A DNA stretch of 30,690 nucleotides from a bacterium (GTDB taxonomy: Bacteria > UBA10199 > 2-02-FULL-44-16 > DYJF01). Shown in pieces: positions 24,265-30,690 of the stretch (positions are counted from its first letter, which is position 1; each line of letters opens with the position of its first letter). Below the pieces are notes generated by a model, which was given only the letters and a program-made list of their open reading frames with translations, was not told the DNA's origin and made no database searches. The position numbers were made by a program, and so were the translations under genes. The DNA lies in NCBI GenBank assembly GCA_041739675.1, contig JBGSNL010000025.1:1-30690 (forward strand), read 5' to 3'.

Positions 24265-26340
24265 TCAATTCACTCCCAAAGCCAGCAAAAGCATGTCTAT
24301 CAGCTTTATTCCGATGAAAGGCGCTATAAGCCCCCCCACCCCGTAGATCAGAAGATTATTGCGCAAAAGACTTCCCGCCCCCATGTGCCTGTAGCGCACG
24401 CCGCGTAAGGCGAGCGGGATGAGCGCTATGATTATGACGGCGTTGAAGATCACCGCAGAGAGAATCGCGCTCCTGGGTGAGGCGAGATGCATGATGTTGA
24501 GCATCGCGAGCGGAGGATACGTAACGGCGAACGCCGCCGGAATGATCGCGAAATATTTGGCGACGTCGTTTGCAACGCTGAAGGTGGTGAGCGCGCCGCG
24601 CGTCATGAGAAGTTGTTTTCCGACTTCAACGACCTCGATCAACTTTGTGGGGTTGGAATCGAGATCCACCATGTTGCCGGCTTCCTTGGCCGCCTGCGTT
24701 CCCGTGTGCATGGCGACCGCAACGTCCGCCTGGGCAAGCGCCGGCGCGTCGTTCGTGCCGTCGCCCGTCATGGCGACCAGCCGCCCCTCTTTTTGTATAT
24801 CGCGGATGAGTGTGAGCTTTTTCTCCGGTGTCGCTTCAGCCAGAAAATCGTCCACGCCGGCCTCCGCAGCAATTGCCGCCGCGGTGAGCGGATTGTCACC
24901 CGTGATCATGATCGTCTTGATACCCATCCTTCTCATGTCATGAAAACGTTCCTTTATTCCGCCCTTCACGATATCTTTCAGATGAATGACGCCCAAAACA
25001 GTCGCGCCTTCCGCGACGACCAGAGGCGTTCCACCCGTCTTCGCAATTTTCTCGACGCTTACGCGAACCGAATCGGAAAGCCCTCCGCCCTTTTGTTTCA
25101 CGTAAGTTTCAATCGCATCTACTGAGCCCTTGCGTATCTGTCTTCCGTCGGTGAAATCCACCCCGCTCATGCGTGTTTGCGCCGAAAACGGAATAAACGT
25201 GGCATGGATTTCATGAATCTGCCGCTCGCGAATATTATATTTTTCCTTGGCAAGCACGACGATGGACCTGCCTTCGGGCGTCTCATCCGAGAGCGAGCTT
25301 ATCTGCGCCTCGTCGGCAAGCTTTTCGGCGCTTATGCCGGCCGCCGGAAGAAAAGCCACAGCCTGCCTGTTGCCCAGAGTGATTGTTCCCGTTTTGTCTA
25401 AAAGCAACACGTCCATATCGCCAGCCGCCTCGACCGCGCGCCCCGAACTTGCAATGACGTTCGCCTGAATCATCCTGTCCATGCCGGCAATGCCGATCGC
25501 AGAAAGAAGCCCGCCTATCGTCGTGGGGATCAGGCAAACGAGAAGAGCCACAAGGACCGTCACCGTAACGGGTGAGCCTTGCCCCGTGGCCTTCACACCG
25601 TATAGCGAAAATGGAAGGAGCGTCACCGTTGCCAGAAGAAAGATGATCGTGAGTCCTGCAAGGAGTATCGATAATGCGATCTCGTTCGGAGTCTTTTGCC
25701 TTATTGCGCCCTCGACCATTCCTATCATGCGATCGAGAAACGTTTCGCCGGGATTTGAAGTGATTCTCACAACGATCCAGTCGGACAAAACCGTCGTGCC
25801 GCCGGTGACAGCACTCCTGTCCCCGCCGCTCTCCCTGATCACAGGCGCGCTCTCCCCTGTTATCGCGGCTTCATTGACGGAGGCCACACCTTCTATTATC
25901 TCGCCGTCCATCGGTATCGTGTCGCCCGCCTCAACGAGGACGATGTCGTCTTTTCTCAAAGATGTGGCTGGTACCGCCGAAAAACTCTCGCCGTATTTCG
26001 GCTTCGAGAGTTTTTTGGCCATTATCTCTTTGCGGCTTTTTCTAAGCGACGCGGCCTGCGCCTTGCCTCGCCCTTCCGCCATCGCCTCGGCAAAGTTGGC
26101 GAAAAGAAGCGTGAACCATAGCCAGATGGATATGTGCAAAATGAATCCGGCCGGAGCTTCGCCCTTTCCTATAAGCGCCTGTACCCAGAGACCGGTCGTT
26201 ATGAGGCTTCCCACTTCCACTACAAACATGACGGGATTGTTGATCTGATGGCGCGGATCCAATTTCTTGAAGGCGTCTCTCAGCGCGGGCCAGAATATTT
26301 TTGCGTCGAGAAGTTTGTAAGGTTTCTTTCTTTTACTCAT
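24265..26340 (-). CDS. kdpB: K+-transporting P-type ATPase subunit B
   Basis: [52 protein letters not shown]. Confidence 0.98.
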   Translation of the reverse strand: MSKRKKPYKLLDAKIFWPALRDAFKKLDPRHQINNPVMFVVEVGSLITTGLWVQALIGKGEAPAGFILHISIWLWFTLLFANFAEAMAEGRGKAQAASLRKSRKEIMAKKLSKPKYGESFSAVPATSLRKDDIVLVEAGDTIPMDGEIIEGVASVNEAAITGESAPVIRESGGDRSAVTGGTTVLSDWIVVRITSNPGETFLDRMIGMVEGAIRQKTPNEIALSILLAGLTIIFLLATVTLLPFSLYGVKATGQGSPVTVTVLVALLVCLIPTTIGGLLSAIGIAGMDRMIQANVIASSGRAVEAAGDMDVLLLDKTGTITLGNRQAVAFLPAAGISAEKLADEAQISSLSDETPEGRSIVVLAKEKYNIRERQIHEIHATFIPFSAQTRMSGVDFTDGRQIRKGSVDAIETYVKQKGGGLSDSVRVSVEKIAKTGGTPLVVAEGATVLGVIHLKDIVKGGIKERFHDMRRMGIKTIMITGDNPLTAAAIAAEAGVDDFLAEATPEKKLTLIRDIQKEGRLVAMTGDGTNDAPALAQADVAVAMHTGTQAAKEAGNMVDLDSNPTKLIEVVEVGKQLLMTRGALTTFSVANDVAKYFAIIPAAFAVTYPPLAMLNIMHLASPRSAILSAVIFNAVIIIALIPLALRGVRYRHMGAGSLLRNNLLIYGVGGLIAPFIGIKLIDMLLLALGVN

Positions 26341-26344
26341 TATA

Positions 26345-28081
26345 TTACCTCATCATCAGATGCTCTACAACTGGCCCAAGAGCCAGAGCCGGAATGAATG
26401 TCAGCGCTCCAACAATGATGACCACGCCTACAAGGAACAATATGAAAAGTGGCGTCTTCGTCGATAACGTACCGGAGCTTTCAGGCACCGATTTTTTCAT
26501 GGCGAGAGATCCCGCCATCGCAAGAACTGGAATAATGAGCCAATAGCGCGCAACGAACATGCACACGCCAAGCGCTATATTATAGAAAAGGTTATTCGTG
26601 CCGAGGCCCGCAAACGCGCTTCCATTGTTATTCCCCGCCGAGGAAAAAGCGTAGAGGACCTCTGAAAAGCCGTGAGGGCCGGGATTGAAAATAGCGGTCT
26701 GGCCCGCCTTGGTGACGACGGCAAGTGCTGTCCCCAAAAGAACCAGCATCGGCGGGATCAAGATGACGAGCATCGACATTTTGATTTCAAAGGATTCGAT
26801 TTTTTTGCCGAGATATTCAGGCGTGCGCCCCACCATGAGCCCGGCCAAAAAGACCGCAATAATCGCAAAGACAATCATGCCGTAGAGCCCCGACCCGACT
26901 CCTCCATAAATGACCTCGCCCAGCTGCATCAAAATCATCGGCACCATGCCGCCAATGGGGGCAAACGAATCGTGCATGGAGTTCACGGAACCGTTCGATG
27001 CGGCGGTCGTGGCACCCGACCAGAGGACGGAGTTCACAATTCCAAAGCGCGCCTCTTTCCCCTCCATGTTTCCGCCGGGCTGCATAAAGCTTGCCGTTTG
27101 ATCAACTCCCATCCTCGCCAGAACTGGATTTCCCGCCAGCTCCGATTGGAGGCCGAAAAAGATCAGCGGCAGAAATATGATCGTCATAGCAATGAGAAGC
27201 GCCCATCCCTGTCTTGTATCCTTCACCATCCGTCCGAATGTGTAACAAAGAGATGCCGGGATAAGAAGGATGGCCAAAAGTTCCAGAAAATTGGTGAGCG
27301 GCGTGGGATTTTCAAACGGATGGGATGAGTTGACGTTGAAAAAACCTCCGCCGTTTGTGCCAAGCTGCTTGATGGCAATCTGCGAGGCAGCCGGGCCCAT
27401 CGGCAGCGTCTGCTCCGTTATGATCTCGCCAGCTTCATTTTTTGTGGGCTCCAGAAGATTCACAGTCTTTGCATGTCCAAAAGACTGGACGACACCCTGG
27501 GAGACGAGAACGACGGCAAGAATCACCGAAAGCGGAATTAGTATATATAATGTTGTCCGCACAAGGTCGGACCAGAAATTACCAATTGTCATGACATTGT
27601 GTCGGACAAAGCCGCGGATCAAGGCCACAAGCACCGCCATGCCGGAGGCTGCGGAAACAAAGTTCTGCACGGTGAGCCCCAGCATCTGTGTCAGGTAACT
27701 GAGTGTCGTTTCGCCGCCATAACTCTGCCAGTTCGTGTTTGAGGCAAAACTCACGGCCGTGTTGAATGCGAGATCCGGAGCCACACCGGCCAGGTTCGCC
27801 GGATTGAGCGGCAGATGTCCCTGGACACGCTGCAGTGCATAGACCGCAAAAAGTCCTATGATATTGAAAAGCATCACCGCAACTGTATAGCTCTTCCAAC
27901 CCATCTCTTCTGAGGGATTAATTTTGCAAATGCGGTAGATCAAACGCTCAAGAGGGCCGAGCACGCGAACGATCCCGAAGTTTTCCCCCTCATAGACGCG
28001 CGCCATGTAGGCGCCCAGCGGCTTCACGAGGGCAAAAAGAACCGCCATGTATATAATGATCTGAATGACGCTGATATTCAT
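26345..28081 (-). CDS. kdpA: K+-transporting ATPase subunit A (start corrected to 28081)
   Basis: Filter motifs [41 protein letters not shown] overlap with the kdpF stop. Confidence 0.97.
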   Translation of the reverse strand: MNISVIQIIIYMAVLFALVKPLGAYMARVYEGENFGIVRVLGPLERLIYRICKINPSEEMGWKSYTVAVMLFNIIGLFAVYALQRVQGHLPLNPANLAGVAPDLAFNTAVSFASNTNWQSYGGETTLSYLTQMLGLTVQNFVSAASGMAVLVALIRGFVRHNVMTIGNFWSDLVRTTLYILIPLSVILAVVLVSQGVVQSFGHAKTVNLLEPTKNEAGEIITEQTLPMGPAASQIAIKQLGTNGGGFFNVNSSHPFENPTPLTNFLELLAILLIPASLCYTFGRMVKDTRQGWALLIAMTIIFLPLIFFGLQSELAGNPVLARMGVDQTASFMQPGGNMEGKEARFGIVNSVLWSGATTAASNGSVNSMHDSFAPIGGMVPMILMQLGEVIYGGVGSGLYGMIVFAIIAVFLAGLMVGRTPEYLGKKIESFEIKMSMLVILIPPMLVLLGTALAVVTKAGQTAIFNPGPHGFSEVLYAFSSAGNNNGSAFAGLGTNNLFYNIALGVCMFVARYWLIIPVLAMAGSLAMKKSVPESSGTLSTKTPLFILFLVGVVIIVGALTFIPALALGPVVEHLMMR

Positions 28082-28167
28082 GAAAAGATCTCCGGCTTCA
28101 AAAGCGCGACGAAGAGGTAGATAAGAAGCGCAGCGGAGACGATACCGCCTATCCAATAGATGGCCAT
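28078..28167 (-). CDS. kdpF: KdpF small subunit (29 aa); not in the ORF track
   Basis: Manual translation [29 protein letters not shown] with the YL-x2-AL-x2-PE-x-F signature; SD GAGGGG; overlaps the kdpA start. Confidence 0.92.
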   Translation of the reverse strand: MAIYWIGGIVSAALLIYLFVALLKPEIFS

Positions 28168-28178
28168 AGAATTTCCCC

Positions 28179-28259
28179 TCACAGTTTTTCGCAAAGCTCG
28201 ATCAGCACGAACGACAGGAACGAAAGGACGATGACAGTGCCTGTAAACACGATATCCAT
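28179..28259 (-). CDS. 26-aa hydrophobic peptide upstream of kdpF
   Basis: MDIVFTGTVIVLSFLSFVLIELCEKL with strong SD AAGGAGG; its stop abuts the SD of kdpF. Confidence 0.7.
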   Translation of the reverse strand: MDIVFTGTVIVLSFLSFVLIELCEKL

Positions 28260-28279
28260 AGGAGTTGCCTCCTTAAAGG

Positions 28280-28306
28280 AAAAAGCCAAAGAGAAATCTC
28301 TTTGGC
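28280..28306 (-). terminator. Perfect inverted repeat followed by U5: terminator, attenuator or operator between lpdA and kdp
   Basis: GCCAAAGAGA-aa-TCTCTTTGGC at 28285-28306, with TTTTT following on the minus strand. Confidence 0.6.
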
Positions 28307-28314
28307 CGGGGTGG

Positions 28315-28343
28315 ATCATCCGCTTAGCTTTCGGAGTTGTCAA
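28315..28343 (-). promoter_or_regulatory. Candidate sigma70 promoter for the kdp operon
   Basis: TTGACA (overlapping the lpdA stop codon)-17 nt-GATGAT. Confidence 0.4.
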
Positions 28344-29773
28344 GCGCCCCCGTTTTTTTTGCCAGCTTTTGGCGAAAAGGTGTGAGTTGCAAAACCGTAG
28401 AAGGCCTCCGCGCATTCCATGAGAGTCTCCGATAAAGTGGGATGGGGATGCACCGATTCGGCAAGATCCTTCGCCGTGGCCGCCATTTCTACAGCCAGAA
28501 CGCCTTCGCCGATGAGCTCGCCCGCGCCGTAGCCCGAAATTCCCACGCCCAATATTCTCTCGGTTTCCGGCTCGACTATGAGCTTCGTGACACCGTCCGG
28601 CCTGTCGAATGTCACGGCCCTGCCGGACGCCGCCCACGGGAAGCGCACGACCTTTACCGCGATATTTTCATTTTTAGCCTGCGTTTCGGTCAGTCCGCAC
28701 CAAGCCATTTCCGGATCGGTGAACACGACGGCGGGAATTATCACATTTCGAAAAACGCTTCTCTCACCGCAGATCACCTCAACCGCGACTCTTCCCTCCT
28801 TCGAGGCCTTGTGGGCAAGGAGCATCCCGCCGGCGACGTCGCCTATGGCGTAAATTGCGGGATCGGAGGTCTGCTGTTTTTCGTTCACCTTGATGAAACC
28901 CTTTTCGTCTTTTTCAACCTTTGTGTTTTCAAGACCAAGATCGTCCAGGAAGGGCTGCCTTCCCACCGCGACGAGCACGCGGTCGAAATGCTCCTCTTTC
29001 TGTTTTCCCGCCGTCTCTGAGACGACCTTGATCTGCCTGCCCGATGTCGCCATCTCGATGACTTTCGTCCCGAGCCTCACCTCTGCAAAGTTTTTTTCGG
29101 CAAAACGCTGGACGGGCCAGATGAGATCTGCGTCCGCCCCCGGGAGAATGCCACTCATCGCCTCCATCATAACTATTTTGCTGCCAAGCGTGGCATAGAC
29201 GGTCCCAAGTTCGAGGCCTATGTAGCCTCCGCCGACGACCAGAAAGTTTTCGGGGACATCCTCTAACTCCAGCGCTTCGGAAGATGTCATGATCCTCTTG
29301 TTTCCCAGATCGAACGCGGCAGGGAGTGTAGCCCTCGATCCCGTGGCGATAATCGCCGCGTCAAAAGAAACGAATTTCTGCCCTTCTTCGGTTTCCACGC
29401 GCAGGGTCTTCGAGTCTTCAAAATATCCCCTTCCGCGGATGACCTCCACACCGCGCCTGTCGGCCAGCATCTTTACGCCGCCCGCCAGTTTTTCGAGGAT
29501 CGATTCCTTCCACTGCCTCAATTTTCCGATATCGAGTTTTGGCGGGCCGAAGGCGATGCCGCGCTTTTCCGATTCTTTGGCTTCGCGCATGAGATGTGTC
29601 GCATGAAGATAGGCCTTTGAGGGTATGCATCCGCGGTTAAGGCAGATTCCTCCCAGCCTCTTCTCCCGCTCGACCAGGATGACTTTTTTGTCTTTGTCGG
29701 CGGCATAGAACGCCGCCGTGTAACCGCCTGGCCCGGCTCCGACCACGACGACTTCGGTCTTCACGCTCTTCAT
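28340..29773 (-). CDS. lpdA: Dihydrolipoamide dehydrogenase (E3); start corrected to 29773
   Basis: GAGPGG, GGICLNRGCIPSK redox disulfide, GGGYIGLE, AIGD, HPHPTLSE; ATGA overlap with E2. Confidence 0.97.
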   Translation of the reverse strand: MKSVKTEVVVVGAGPGGYTAAFYAADKDKKVILVEREKRLGGICLNRGCIPSKAYLHATHLMREAKESEKRGIAFGPPKLDIGKLRQWKESILEKLAGGVKMLADRRGVEVIRGRGYFEDSKTLRVETEEGQKFVSFDAAIIATGSRATLPAAFDLGNKRIMTSSEALELEDVPENFLVVGGGYIGLELGTVYATLGSKIVMMEAMSGILPGADADLIWPVQRFAEKNFAEVRLGTKVIEMATSGRQIKVVSETAGKQKEEHFDRVLVAVGRQPFLDDLGLENTKVEKDEKGFIKVNEKQQTSDPAIYAIGDVAGGMLLAHKASKEGRVAVEVICGERSVFRNVIIPAVVFTDPEMAWCGLTETQAKNENIAVKVVRFPWAASGRAVTFDRPDGVTKLIVEPETERILGVGISGYGAGELIGEGVLAVEMAATAKDLAESVHPHPTLSETLMECAEAFYGFATHTFSPKAGKKNGGA

Positions 29774-30690
29774 TTTTTCCTCCCCGCCTTTTCCACTGAG
29801 GGGACTGTCCCCATCTCGTTCACCAGATCTTTTATGCATGCTGCCGCGTCCGCGCCGTCGATCACGCGGTGATCGTAGGAGAGAGATAAAGGGACGATGA
29901 GTTTCTGAACGACCTTGGTCCCTTTCGCCACCGGTTTTATCACCGCCCTTCCGATTCCAAGAAGCGCCACCTCCGGAAAATTTATGATCGGGGTGAAATG
30001 GCCGCCGCCTATCCCGCCCTGATTCGAGATAGTGAAAGTGCCTCCCTGAAGCTCGTCCAGCGTAACCTTTCTCTTCTTCGTCCTCTCCGCGAGATCTGCG
30101 AGCTCCTTTGACAATTTCAGAACATCCTTTTTATCCACGTCCCTGATCACCGGTACGATGAGCCCCTGTTCGGTTCCAACCGCGATTCCGAAATTGTAAT
30201 AGTCCTTGAAAATTATCTCGCCCTTCGAATCGTCCCAGCTCGCATTGAACCTCGGGTACTTTTTCAGTATCGTAACCGCAGCCTTGATGACAAAAGGTGT
30301 GAGGGTCAGATGAGCGCCCTTCTTTTCATATTGCGGGCGATTTTTTTTGATCCATGCGGAAAGCTCGGTGATGTCGGCCTCGTCGAACTGCGTCACGTGC
30401 GGAATATTTTTCCATGACTGCGACATCTTTGAAGCGATTTTTTTTCTGATGAGCGTCGCCGGCTCCCTGTGAACCGGCCCCCACGCCTTGAAATCGGGAA
30501 GTTGCTCCGGCGGGGACAGGTCCCTTTCCAAAATGGGACCTGTCCCCGACACGGGGACTGTCCCCTGCAGCTGTTCGATATATGCCCTCACATCTTCTAT
30601 GACGATCCTGCCGCCGCGCTCGCTTCCCTGCACGCGCGTCAGATCGATCCCTAACTCGAGCGCCATTTTTCTGAGCGATGGCGAGGCGGG
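29770..30690 (-). CDS. aceF: Dihydrolipoamide acyltransferase E2 of a 2-oxoacid (probably pyruvate) dehydrogenase complex, 5' partial
   Basis: E3-binding domain PASPSLRKMALELGIDL...GRIVIEDV; IPHVTQFD, GLIVPV, TFTISN, SYDHRVIDG. Substrate specificity is not certain. Confidence 0.85.
   Translation of the reverse strand, partial: PASPSLRKMALELGIDLTRVQGSERGGRIVIEDVRAYIEQLQGTVPVSGTGPILERDLSPPEQLPDFKAWGPVHREPATLIRKKIASKMSQSWKNIPHVTQFDEADITELSAWIKKNRPQYEKKGAHLTLTPFVIKAAVTILKKYPRFNASWDDSKGEIIFKDYYNFGIAVGTEQGLIVPVIRDVDKKDVLKLSKELADLAERTKKRKVTLDELQGGTFTISNQGGIGGGHFTPIINFPEVALLGIGRAVIKPVAKGTKVVQKLIVPLSLSYDHRVIDGADAAACIKDLVNEMGTVPSVEKAGRKK

Noticed and set aside
28082..28156. N-terminal extension of KdpA in the ORF track
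   Set aside because: This stretch is kdpF in another frame; KdpA starts at 28081.
28260..28340. c-di-AMP (ydaO) riboswitch upstream of kdp
   Set aside because: The intergenic space is only about 80 bp and I see no ydaO consensus elements; an Infernal/Rfam scan would be decisive.
28179..28637. 152-aa ORF overlapping the lpdA 3' end
   Set aside because: Only the last 26 codons have an SD and a coherent hydrophobic sequence; the rest is an alternate frame of lpdA.
22801..29020. Plus-strand ORFs opposite kdp and lpdA (e.g. 22801-23589, 25481-26248, 26672-27328, 28442-29020)
   Set aside because: Antisense shadows of conserved genes.
1..30690. CRISPR arrays, tRNA/rRNA, transposases, integrases, phage or defence genes
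   Set aside because: No spaced direct repeats, RNA-gene signatures or such protein motifs were seen; intergenic gaps are all short.

Overview
Gene-dense bacterial chromosomal window, probably from a diderm (lipoproteins, an outer-membrane beta-barrel protein, Kdp and PDH genes); finer taxonomy cannot be fixed from the sequence. Left part (1-6100): uncharacterised exported proteins and lipoproteins, a DUF5684-like membrane protein, a membrane Ser/Thr kinase and a soluble Cys-rich PAS histidine kinase. Centre (6167-19983, + strand): a tightly coupled, non-canonical Pel exopolysaccharide operon: receiver, PelA hydrolase half, PelA deacetylase half, TPR protein, TPR plus beta-barrel protein (split PelB), a second receiver in the usual pelC position, pelD, pelE, an extra 628-aa HEAT-repeat protein, pelF, pelG. 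Next comes a convergent pair of paralogous secreted proteins and a Cys-rich lipoprotein. Right part (- strand): partial dihydrolipoamide acyltransferase E2, lpdA, two small membrane peptides including kdpF, kdpABC, and a KdpD that stops after its GAF domain (no histidine kinase domain, no adjacent kdpE). No rRNA, tRNA, CRISPR array or mobile element was recognised. All family assignments are by-eye motif recognition, not database searches.
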